DNA of 64,000 nt. Origin: Corallococcus sp. bb12-1. Its GTDB lineage: Bacteria > Myxococcota > Myxococcia > Myxococcales > Myxococcaceae. The notes under the pieces are model-generated. The model was not told where the DNA came from. It did not search any database and worked only from the letters and a program-made list of their open reading frames with translations. Each line of letters begins with the position of its first letter. Within the stretch, counting starts at the first letter, position 1. Of this stretch, positions 10,090 to 18,187 are shown piece by piece. The stretch is from contig NZ_JAPNJZ010000012.1 in assembly GCF_026626765.1 (NCBI RefSeq), forward strand, positions 141,012 to 205,011, in the 5' to 3' direction. The translations under genes were made by a program, and so were the position numbers.

Positions 10090-10605
10090 ATGGGTGCGGC
10101 GGTCGCGAGCTGGCAGACGCTGGAGAACGTCGAAGTGGAGTGCACCCACTGCGGCGTCATGATGACCCTTCAGCCCGGGAACCGGGTGAAGTACTACCGG
10201 TGTGGCTCATGCCACCGCTGGGTGTCCAGCACCTACAGCGAGGTGTTCCGCGCGGACGCGAAGATGCGCACGCACCCGGTGAAGGACACCGCGGACGCGG
10301 ACGCGCGCTTCGTGGAGGTGAAGGACCGCCTGGACAAGTGGCTCAGCGCCGTCCAGGAGCAGTGCCCGTACCAGACGATGGGCGTCTCCCCGTTGGATGC
10401 GCCGGACGTGGTGCGCGCGCGCTTCCACGCGCTGGCCATGGAGCGGCACCCGGACCGGGGCGGCTCCGCGGAGCAGATGCGGGAGCTCAACGCGGCCTAT
10501 GAGCGCATCCTCAAGCACCGTCAGCGCAAGCGGCTGGAGGCGCTGTCCTCCGGCACCTCCACGCGCGTGACGCCGGCGTCCGTCCTGCCTGCGCGCAACA
10601 GGTAG
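10090..10605 (+). CDS. J-domain (DnaJ-like) protein with an N-terminal zinc ribbon
   Basis: CxxC...CxxC pattern (CTHCGV...CGSCHRW). The J-domain has the HPD motif (YQTMGVSPLDAPDVVRARFHALAMERHPDRGGSAEQMRELNAAYERI). The ATG at 10090 has a GGAGAG Shine-Dalgarno-like sequence. The listed ORF start at 10045 is a TTG with poor spacing. Confidence 0.7.
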   Translation: MGAAVASWQTLENVEVECTHCGVMMTLQPGNRVKYYRCGSCHRWVSSTYSEVFRADAKMRTHPVKDTADADARFVEVKDRLDKWLSAVQEQCPYQTMGVSPLDAPDVVRARFHALAMERHPDRGGSAEQMRELNAAYERILKHRQRKRLEALSSGTSTRVTPASVLPARNR

Positions 10606-11531
10606 AACCAGAAGAGCGCTCCCAATGACAGGCCCAGCCCCACCTTGGTCCAGGTGGGGAAGAAGGAGCCCGGGGAGATGAAGCCCTCCACCACGCCGAT
10701 GCCGGCGAGGAAGGGCGCGCAGCCCACCACCAGCTTCACCGCCTCGCGGCCCCGCGCCTGGAGCGCCTGCGCCCGGGGCAGCTCTCCCGGGTCGATGAGC
10801 GCCTGGCCCACCATCAGGCCTGCTCCGCCGGAGATGGCGATGATGGACAGCTCCACCGGCCCGTGCGCGGCGATGAAGTCCAGGAAGCCCACCGCCATGC
10901 CCTCGCGGAAGCACAGCGCGCCCACCGCGCCAATGAGCACGCCGTTGTTCACCATCGTGAAGATGGGCCCCACGCCCAGCAGGATGCCGGACGCGAACGC
11001 GAACAGCGTGACGGTGAGGTTGTTGGTGGCGATGCCGGAGGCCACCGCGTTGGGCGGCGCCACCGACAACACGTCATCCGTCCACATGCGCCCCTGGGCC
11101 ACGTAGCGCCGCACGCCCTCCGGCACCAGCAGCTCCGCGCCGCGTGGCTCCAGCAGCACCACCAGCGCGCCCAGCACCAATCCCAGCACGAGCAGGCCCG
11201 CGCTCACGCCCACGAAGCGCGCTTCGCGGCGAAGCGTGGCCGGGAAGTCGCGCCGGAAGAAGTCGCGCGTCGAAGCCCAGCGCTCGCGGGGCGGCTGGTA
11301 GATGGCGCCATAGGCCTGTCCGCAGAGCTGGTTGAGGAAGCGGTGCGCGTCCGTGCCCGGGTAGAACGTCTGCGCCCGCGCCAGGTCCGCCGCCGCGCGC
11401 CGGTACAGCGTGTCCAGCTTGCGCAGCTCCTCCAGGTGCAGCCGGCCGGAGCGCTGGCGCGTCAGCAGGGCCTGGAGCGCGTCCCAGTCCGGGCGGCGCT
11501 GGGAGACGAAGGTGGGGAGGGGCAGCGCCAT
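10521..11531 (-). CDS. DUF95/SpoIIM-like integral membrane protein
   Basis: Start chosen at MALPLPTFVSQRRPDWDALQALL. Multiple transmembrane helices follow. The N-terminal 63 codons of the longer ORF are Arg/Trp-rich junk. The ATG lies 1 nt after the RDD gene's stop. Confidence 0.55.
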   Translation of the reverse strand: MALPLPTFVSQRRPDWDALQALLTRQRSGRLHLEELRKLDTLYRRAAADLARAQTFYPGTDAHRFLNQLCGQAYGAIYQPPRERWASTRDFFRRDFPATLRREARFVGVSAGLLVLGLVLGALVVLLEPRGAELLVPEGVRRYVAQGRMWTDDVLSVAPPNAVASGIATNNLTVTLFAFASGILLGVGPIFTMVNNGVLIGAVGALCFREGMAVGFLDFIAAHGPVELSIIAISGGAGLMVGQALIDPGELPRAQALQARGREAVKLVVGCAPFLAGIGVVEGFISPGSFFPTWTKVGLGLSLGALFWFYLLRAGRTDAGVTRVEVPEDSASSRLR

Positions 11532-11532
11532 G

Positions 11533-12381
11533 TCAGTGGGCCGCCCGCGCGCGCGTGCGCAGGAAGGCCTCCGTGGCCTCGGGGGACTGAAGCACCTTCG
11601 CCCGCTCCTCGTCCGCCAGCCCCGCGCCCACCCGGTCCACCAGCCGCGCTCCCAGCCGCTGGCGCACGTCCTTCTCCAGGCCGGGCGCGCGCGACAGGAA
11701 GGCCAGCACCAGCTCCACATCCTCCGCGCCCAGCGGCCGCTGCACGCCCGCGGACTCGCGCGCGGGTTCGGACGTCGCGGCGGGCGCCTGGGTGTACTTG
11801 TCCAGGTCGATGGCCTCCTCGCGAATCAGCACCGTGCCCGCGAGCAGGTCTCCCAACCGGCGGTGCTGGCGGTCCAGCAGCATGGTGATGCAACCGGTGG
11901 CGTAGAGCACCGGCAGGAAGTCCACTGCACGGCACAGGTTGCGCACGGCGCTTTCGAAGAAGCCCACCGGTGAGCCATCCTCGCGCACCACGCGAATCCT
12001 CAACGCGCGTTTGCCCGGTGTCTGTCCATGGAAGAAGACCTCCGCCAGCGTCCAGTACAGCCATTGCGTGGCGAAGAGCCCCACCGCGAGCAGCGTCTGG
12101 ACCAGGCCCGACAGCGCCTGGAGCGCACCCAGCACGTCGGACACCAGCAGCGTGATGACGAAGTAGAGCGCCACCCAGAAGAAGAACAGCAGGCTTGCGT
12201 CCACCAGCCACGCAAGACAGCGGTAGCCGATGCCGGCCACGGGCAGGGACAGGGACACGCGTTCGGGCGTGGCCACGTCGACATGGGGTGCGGGGGCGGA
12301 GGGAGTCATGCGCGCAGGACGCACAGCATACGCGCATCTGCGTCCAGGTCGCGCGCTCGTCGCAGTGTGTTCCGCCAACAC
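11533..12381 (-). CDS. RDD-family membrane protein
   Basis: Two transmembrane helices. RDD-like region (FFHGQTPGKRALRIRVVREDG). The true start may be the internal MTPSAP near 12309. Confidence 0.65.
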   Translation of the reverse strand: MLAEHTATSARPGRRCAYAVRPARMTPSAPAPHVDVATPERVSLSLPVAGIGYRCLAWLVDASLLFFFWVALYFVITLLVSDVLGALQALSGLVQTLLAVGLFATQWLYWTLAEVFFHGQTPGKRALRIRVVREDGSPVGFFESAVRNLCRAVDFLPVLYATGCITMLLDRQHRRLGDLLAGTVLIREEAIDLDKYTQAPAATSEPARESAGVQRPLGAEDVELVLAFLSRAPGLEKDVRQRLGARLVDRVGAGLADEERAKVLQSPEATEAFLRTRARAAH

Positions 12382-12790
12382 CCCGGAGCCGAAACAGCGT
12401 GCGAAACATCGGATGGTGGACGCAAATGCGTGTCCCGGACAGGACAGCGATCACGACCTGACGGACGAGGCCCTGGATTTCGGCTCAACTCGTGCGCAAT
12501 TGACAGTCCCGACAGAGCCGGTTCGCATGTGACGGCGGATGGTGTTAGGGTCTTGGTTGGCTGGAATTGCCTGAAACGAAAAAGGAGGAACGGCCCTTCG
12601 GGGTCAGTTCGGCAGTCGCAAGCGCAGTCCGCAGGGCAGCACTGGCAAGACCCCCGGATGGAGTTGAAGCGCGGTTCTCGCACGCTCAGCACTGGCGGAA
12701 GTTCCGCCGCGGTTCCACCGACTCCGGGGCAGAAGGAAGTCGACAGGTAGTCTTGAATGCAATTCGCCACGACGGCTGGGGGGCCATCGC

Positions 12791-13477
12791 ATGGCAGCGA
12801 ATCAATCCGCAGTTCGTATTTCGATTCTCGAAGGACCGTGGGCGGCCTGGCAGGGCCTTTCCGATGGGCTTCGGGGTGAGGGTCATTCCACTTCGGTGAC
12901 GCGCGACGTGCGCGGCTTCCTGGATGGGCTTGGCACGGATCCGCCGCAGGTGGCCATTCTGGATGTGGAGAGTGATGGCGAAGCCGCCATTGGTTGCTCC
13001 GTGACGGAAGGGCTCAACCTGCTGCGCGAAGCCCGCAAGCGCAGGCTGGAAGTCCGCATGCTGCTTCTGTCCGCGGTGAGCACGCCGGAGGTCATCTCCC
13101 AGTGCTTCGACGAGGGGGCCTCGGGCTACCTCTTCCGCGCGGGTCTGGGCGTCAACGCCGTCTCTTCCGCGGTCCAGTCACTGGTGAGGGGCGAGCGCCT
13201 CTTCCCGGTGCAACTGCTGCGCAATGACTTCGAGCATCCGCCGGTGACGTCACCCACGGCGAGCGTGCTGCTGCTGCTCACGCAGCGGGAGCGCGAGGTG
13301 CTCGCGTACGTGGCGGGAGGCGCGGACAACTTGAAGATCGCAGCCCACCTGCAGATCGCCGAACGCACCGTGAAGTCACACGTCACGCAGCTCTACCGCA
13401 AGCTTGGGGCGGAGAATCGCACCCAGCTTGCCCTGCGCGCCTGCCATCTGGGCGTCAGGCCTCCGCCGGACCTCTAG
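12791..13477 (+). CDS. LuxR/FixJ-type response regulator with an atypical receiver domain
   Basis: C-terminal LuxR helix-turn-helix (LTQREREVLAYVAGGADNLKIAAHLQIAERTVKSHVTQLYRKLG). The N-terminal receiver-like fold has ISILEG where the acidic DD pair normally sits, and FRAG where the conserved Lys normally sits. A candidate phosphoacceptor Asp is retained in VAILDVESDG. Confidence 0.75.
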   Translation: MAANQSAVRISILEGPWAAWQGLSDGLRGEGHSTSVTRDVRGFLDGLGTDPPQVAILDVESDGEAAIGCSVTEGLNLLREARKRRLEVRMLLLSAVSTPEVISQCFDEGASGYLFRAGLGVNAVSSAVQSLVRGERLFPVQLLRNDFEHPPVTSPTASVLLLLTQREREVLAYVAGGADNLKIAAHLQIAERTVKSHVTQLYRKLGAENRTQLALRACHLGVRPPPDL

Positions 13478-13550
13478 GCTTTACTGTAGAGGGACGGCCG
13501 CCCTCCCCGCGAAACGGGGAGGGAGCACGGCATCCGGACCGACGCGGCCT

Positions 13551-13772
13551 TCAGTTCTTGCGGGCCGCTTCTTCCATCTTCTTGCGGAGGCTCAGGGGAC
13601 GCATGTCCGTCCAGACCTCCTTGATGTACTCCAGGCACTCGGCCTTCAGGCCCTGCTTGCCCGCGTCCTTCCAGCCCAGCGCATTCTCGCGGTCGGCCGG
13701 CCAGATGGAGTACTGCTCTTCGTGGTTCACGACGACCTTGTAGATGGTCGTGTCTTCGCGCTCGTCGCTCAT
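13551..13772 (-). CDS. MbtH-like protein, with no NRPS in the window
   Basis: [62 protein letters not shown] matches the MbtH signature (three invariant Trp, SxWP, ECLxYIE, WTDMRP). The longer ORF's first 13 codons are ignored. Confidence 0.85.
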   Translation of the reverse strand: MSDEREDTTIYKVVVNHEEQYSIWPADRENALGWKDAGKQGLKAECLEYIKEVWTDMRPLSLRKKMEEAARKN

Positions 13773-13953
13773 GGGGTGACTCCTCCAGGGGACCCCTGTC
13801 GTCGCACACACGGGGAAAAGCGGTCAAGGTCGTGTGCGGTCATGTTTCACGCGACCTGTAGCGGTGGGGGGGACGTGCCCGCTCGCCCGCCGGGGGCTCA
13901 CCCGGAATCCGGGAGGGTGACACCCGGGGTCCGGGCCACGGATACTCGGCCGC

Positions 13954-14955
13954 ATGCGCTTCTTGAAGAACGGCATCGCGGGCGTCCTGCTTCTCGTGGG
14001 AGGCGCCTGGGCTGGGCTGGCCCTGGCCCTCACGGGGGCGGGACCGGAAGGGGCGCATCCGGGCCGCGCCCTGCTGGCGGTGCTCCTGGTGGGCGCGGCG
14101 GTGGCCGCGTGGCGGTGGCGTTCGCGCCGCTGGGGTGTGGCGGTGGTGCTGGCGGGCTGCGCGGCCGTGTATGGCTGGGTGCGCACCGAACAGCCCTCCA
14201 ATTCACGCGACTGGGCGCCGGACCTGGCGCGCGCGCCGTGGGCTGAAATCGCGGGCACGCAGGTGACGCTCCACGAGGTGCGCGACTTCCGCTACCGCAG
14301 CACCACGGACTGGGAGCCGGCCTGGTACACGGCCACCTACGACACGGACGCGCTCACCGGGGCGTCGTTCATCGTGGAGCCCTTCTCCGGGTTCTACGGC
14401 GCGGCGCACACGATGGTGTCCTTCAGCTTCCAGGACGGCCGCCACGTGGTGTTCTCCGTGGAGGTGCGGCGGGAGAAGGGGGAGACGTTCTCCGCGGTGG
14501 GCGGCCTGTTCCGCCGCTTCGAGCTGGCGTACGTCGTGGGCGACGAGCGGGACCTCATCCAACTGCGCTCCAACCACCGGCACGACACCGTGTATCTGTA
14601 TCCGGTGCAGGCGTCGAAGGAGCGCGTCACCGCGTTCTTCCTGGACATGGTGCAGCGGATGAACGGGCTGAAAACGGCGCCGGAGTTCTACGACACGCTC
14701 ACCAGCAACTGCACCACCAACCTGGTGCGCCACTTCGAGAAGGTGGCCACGAAGAGCGTGCCGTACGACCACCGCACGCTGATGCCCGCGTTCGCGGATG
14801 AGCTGGCGTACGAGCTGGGCATCATCGACACGGACGTTCCGCTGGAGCAGGTCCGCGCGCGCTACCACATCAACGCGCGCGCCCTGGCGGCGCAGGGGCA
14901 GGACGACTTCTCCCAGCGCATCCGCGCCCCCGAAGCCACCGCCACGGCGCCCTGA
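13954..14955 (+). CDS. DUF4105-family membrane-anchored protein
   Basis: N-terminal transmembrane helices. The SNCTTN motif characteristic of DUF4105 (Lnb N-terminal-like periplasmic domain) is present. Confidence 0.65.
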   Translation: MRFLKNGIAGVLLLVGGAWAGLALALTGAGPEGAHPGRALLAVLLVGAAVAAWRWRSRRWGVAVVLAGCAAVYGWVRTEQPSNSRDWAPDLARAPWAEIAGTQVTLHEVRDFRYRSTTDWEPAWYTATYDTDALTGASFIVEPFSGFYGAAHTMVSFSFQDGRHVVFSVEVRREKGETFSAVGGLFRRFELAYVVGDERDLIQLRSNHRHDTVYLYPVQASKERVTAFFLDMVQRMNGLKTAPEFYDTLTSNCTTNLVRHFEKVATKSVPYDHRTLMPAFADELAYELGIIDTDVPLEQVRARYHINARALAAQGQDDFSQRIRAPEATATAP

Positions 14956-14957
14956 CG

Positions 14958-15704
14958 TCAGGGGCCGGCGGGCTTCAGGTTGCTCTGGAGGTGGCGCTCG
15001 TAGTGGCCCTCCAGCGCGGTGAAGTAGCCGCGCTCCTCCCACAGCTCCCGGAGGAGCCGGTCGGTGAGGGACTTCAGCTCCTCGCTCTCGTTTTCGCGGT
15101 CGGGCACTCGGGGGCCCTTCTTCGGATCCAACAGGGCGCGGGTGGCCTCCGCCATCAGGAGCCGGCTGCTCCGAAAGAGCCGGCGCAGGGCCTGGTTGAT
15201 GGGGCGGGCATCCACTTCCTGGCAGGCGGCGACGATGGCGGCCTGCACCTTCCGGGGCGCATCCCCCTGGAGGGAGGCGGCGTCCAGGTCGCCGCGCTCC
15301 AGGGCGTGCTGCAGGAGGTAGCCGTGATGCAGGCACACGGAGGTGAGGTCCACGCAGTCCTTCACCCAGAGGACGAAGAAGACCTTGCGGAACACCTTGC
15401 GCACCGGGAAGAGGGCCACGGCCTTCAGATAGGACAGGAGCCGTCCGCCCAGCCCGCGGGCCTCATGGGAGCCGGCCAGCAGCTCCACGGCCTTGTCCGG
15501 GGCCTTGAGGCCCTTCTCCTTGAGCTGGTCGCGCACGGCCTGCTCGCGCACCTGGCGCAGGGCGTAGTCGTCCAGGAAGGGCACGGGGATGAGCGGGGTG
15601 AGCCCGGCGGCCACGGCGTGGAAGGCCACGCGGGCGAGCGAGGGCGGCACGGCATTCGGCGGGCTCGGTGGACGGGGACTGGGGTCGGCCATGGTCCCGT
15701 TCAT
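14958..15704 (-). CDS. Hypothetical protein
   Basis: Start taken at MNGTMADPSP. The upstream part of the longer ORF is Pro/Arg-rich junk. Convergent with the DUF4105 gene (3-nt gap). Confidence 0.45.
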   Translation of the reverse strand: MNGTMADPSPRPPSPPNAVPPSLARVAFHAVAAGLTPLIPVPFLDDYALRQVREQAVRDQLKEKGLKAPDKAVELLAGSHEARGLGGRLLSYLKAVALFPVRKVFRKVFFVLWVKDCVDLTSVCLHHGYLLQHALERGDLDAASLQGDAPRKVQAAIVAACQEVDARPINQALRRLFRSSRLLMAEATRALLDPKKGPRVPDRENESEELKSLTDRLLRELWEERGYFTALEGHYERHLQSNLKPAGP

Positions 15705-15799
15705 AACGGCTTCCGCCCCGGCTGCCTTCCGCCGGTAGAGTGCCGGTGGGGCTTTTGTCGGCGGAAATGTCCTGAACCCTGCCCTGGAGGGATGACTGG

Positions 15800-16381
15800 A
15801 TGAAGGCGAAGCAGGAACTTCCCATCGTGCCGTTCGCGTCGGAGAAGGCGTTCGAGCAGTGGCTGGCGAAGCACCACGCCGACGCACCGGGCGTCTGGTT
15901 GAAGTTCGCCAAGAAGGAGTCGGGCATCGCGTCCGTGACGTACGCCCAGGCGGTGGAGGTGGCGCTCTGCTACGGCTGGATCGACGGGCAGGCGAAACCA
16001 GTCGACGACACCTACTGGATCCAGCGCTTCACGCCCCGCAGGGCCCGGAGCCGGTGGTCGAAGATCAACTGCGGCAAGGTCGACGCGCTCGTCGCCGCGG
16101 GACGGATGCGGCCCGCGGGCCTGCGCGAGGTGGAGGCGGCCCGGGCCGACGGGCGGTGGGACGCGGCGTACGCGTCACCCACGGCCATCGCCGTCCCGGA
16201 GGATCTGCTGCTCGCGCTGGAGGCGAACCCGAAGGCGAAGGTGTTCTTCGCCACGCTCAAGGGCTCCAACCGCTACGCCATCCTGTACCGGCTCCACGAC
16301 GCGAAGAAGCCGGAGACCCGCGCGCGCCGGCTGGAGAAGTTCGTCGCCATGCTGGAGGCAGGCGAGACGATTCACGGCTAG
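15800..16381 (+). CDS. YdeI/OmpD-associated (DUF1801/DUF1905-like) family protein
   Basis: The C-terminus (KPETRARRLEKFVAMLEAGETI) is characteristic of the YdeI family. 193 aa. Confidence 0.65.
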   Translation: MKAKQELPIVPFASEKAFEQWLAKHHADAPGVWLKFAKKESGIASVTYAQAVEVALCYGWIDGQAKPVDDTYWIQRFTPRRARSRWSKINCGKVDALVAAGRMRPAGLREVEAARADGRWDAAYASPTAIAVPEDLLLALEANPKAKVFFATLKGSNRYAILYRLHDAKKPETRARRLEKFVAMLEAGETIHG

Positions 16382-17272
16382 CTACTTGTCGCCCATGACC
16401 TCGATGGTGTGCTTGAGCCGCTCCAGGCCCAGACGCACCAGGGCGCCTCGCAGGTCGGGCTGGCCCAGGAACGCCTTGCGGAACACCTCGCGCTCCAGCT
16501 TGAGCAGCGTGCACGGCGTCACCGTGCGCACGGTGGCGGTGGCCAGCCGGCTGCGCAGCAGGGAGATCTCCCCGAAGAGGGCGCCTTCCTCCAGCAGCGG
16601 ATAGGGCGACTGGCGACCGTCGCCATGCGTGTGGAAGACCTCGCATTTGCCGCGCAGGAGGACGTAGAGGGCGTCGCCCGGCTGGCCCCGGGTGAGCAGT
16701 GTTTCACCCGCGGGGACGGTGCAGGGCACGAAGGCATCCCCCAACTCGTGCTGCACTTCCTGGGGCAGGGCGGCGATGAGCGGGTTGCTGCGCAGGGTGT
16801 CCGCGAGCAGGCGCTCCTTCGCGGTCAGCTGCATCTCGTCGCCCTTGACGCCGTAGTCCTTGCCCAGCTCCCGGACGCCGGCCTGGGTGAGCTCCAGCAG
16901 CACCACGTCCTCCACCGTCACCACCGTGGCGGTGCGCTTCGTGCCGGTGAGCAGCGCCAGCTCTCCGAAGAACTCCCCCGCGCCCAGGCGGCCCACCTCC
17001 GTGTTCGCGGCGCCGTCGTTGCCGCGCATCACCGCGACGCGGCCCTCCAGCACGACGAACATCGAGTTGCCGGGGTCTCCTTCGCGCACCACCACCTGGC
17101 CCGCCTGGAGGTAGCGCGTGCAGACGGGGGGCGCGGGCGTCGCCGCTTCCGGTTCCGTCGCGGAGGGTGGGGCGGAAGGTGAAGCAGCGGTCGCGGGCGC
17201 CTGCCCGGCCGGAGCTTCCGGGGCGGCGGGGTGGGCGGACAGCAGGGCCTGGAGGCGCGCGAACAGGGACAT
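16382..17272 (-). CDS. Protein with two cyclic-nucleotide-binding (cNMP) domains
   Basis: Two copies of the cNMP signature are present (GEFFGELALLTGTKRTATVVT and GALFGEISLLRSRLATATVRT). Confidence 0.8.
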   Translation of the reverse strand: MSLFARLQALLSAHPAAPEAPAGQAPATAASPSAPPSATEPEAATPAPPVCTRYLQAGQVVVREGDPGNSMFVVLEGRVAVMRGNDGAANTEVGRLGAGEFFGELALLTGTKRTATVVTVEDVVLLELTQAGVRELGKDYGVKGDEMQLTAKERLLADTLRSNPLIAALPQEVQHELGDAFVPCTVPAGETLLTRGQPGDALYVLLRGKCEVFHTHGDGRQSPYPLLEEGALFGEISLLRSRLATATVRTVTPCTLLKLEREVFRKAFLGQPDLRGALVRLGLERLKHTIEVMGDK

Positions 17273-17448
17273 GGTGCCGGGACGCTAGCGACTGGGGCTG
17301 ACAGGGGCAGTGAAATGGTTCACACCCTTCGAGAGGGTGGTTGAAAAGCCTGCCAGGCAGCCATGCTTCCACGTGCAAAGCCTTGCGGTTGTCCAGTCTG
17401 CCATACAACGCGTTGGCGCGTGCAAGGCATTGATGGGAGAGTCGGGAG

Positions 17449-18159
17449 GTGATCATGTCGTCAGAACAACGGGTCATGCTCGCGGACGCACCGGCCCTGA
17501 TTGTCGGCGGGGGACCGGCTCCAGCGCCGGGCCTCCGGGGCACGGTGGTGCTCCTGCACGGGCTGGGGGCGTCGAAGGAGGTCCAGCGCCCCGAGGCGCG
17601 GTTGCTGGCCCGGCACGGGTACGTCGCGGTGATCCTTGACGCGGTGGGGCATGGCGAGCGGCGCCACCCGGACTTCGAGCACCGCTTTGCTCCCGACCGC
17701 GCGGCGGACAGCTTCGCGGAGCTCGTCGCGCATGCCGCCTTGGAGCTCCCCACGGTGCTCGGGGTCCTCGCCGAGCAGGGTTGGTCGCGGCCGGGCGCGG
17801 TGGGTGCCTGTGGCATCTCCCTGGGGGGCGCCATCCTCTTTGGCGCCATCGAAGCCGGTGCGGTGCTCGACGCGGCCGTGAGCGTGGTCGCTCCGCCGCC
17901 ACGGCCCCACGCCCGGCTGGAGCGATACTTCCCGACGCCGTTGCTCTTGCAGACGGCCGGAGCGGACACCCTGGTCCCGGCGTCGGACGCGCGGGCCTTC
18001 CACCGTGCGCTCGCGCCGCGTTACGCGAGCGCCCCCGAGCAGCTTCGCTCCGTCGAACACGACGGCGAAGGACACATCTTCACCGAAGCAGGCTGGGGGC
18101 GTGTCTGGGATGAGGCCCTGGGCTGGTTCGACCGCTTCCTGCCGGTGGCTGGAGCCTGA
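17449..18159 (+). CDS. Alpha/beta hydrolase (dienelactone-hydrolase-like)
   Basis: Nucleophile elbow GISLGG. The HGLG oxyanion region is present. A C-terminal His lies in EGHIF. Confidence 0.75.
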   Translation: MIMSSEQRVMLADAPALIVGGGPAPAPGLRGTVVLLHGLGASKEVQRPEARLLARHGYVAVILDAVGHGERRHPDFEHRFAPDRAADSFAELVAHAALELPTVLGVLAEQGWSRPGAVGACGISLGGAILFGAIEAGAVLDAAVSVVAPPPRPHARLERYFPTPLLLQTAGADTLVPASDARAFHRALAPRYASAPEQLRSVEHDGEGHIFTEAGWGRVWDEALGWFDRFLPVAGA

Positions 18160-18187
18160 CGGCACGACTGACTACAGTTCCGTGCCC

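Noticed and set aside
10521-10605. 85-bp convergent overlap between the J-domain gene and the DUF95 gene, considered as a possible mis-called gene
   Set aside because: Both genes carry clear domain signatures. The overlap is confined to low-information C-terminal tails and most likely reflects a slightly overextended end on one of them.
12630-12660. CTGGCAAGACCC considered as a sigma-54 -24/-12 promoter
   Set aside because: It lacks the TTGC -12 element at the correct spacing.
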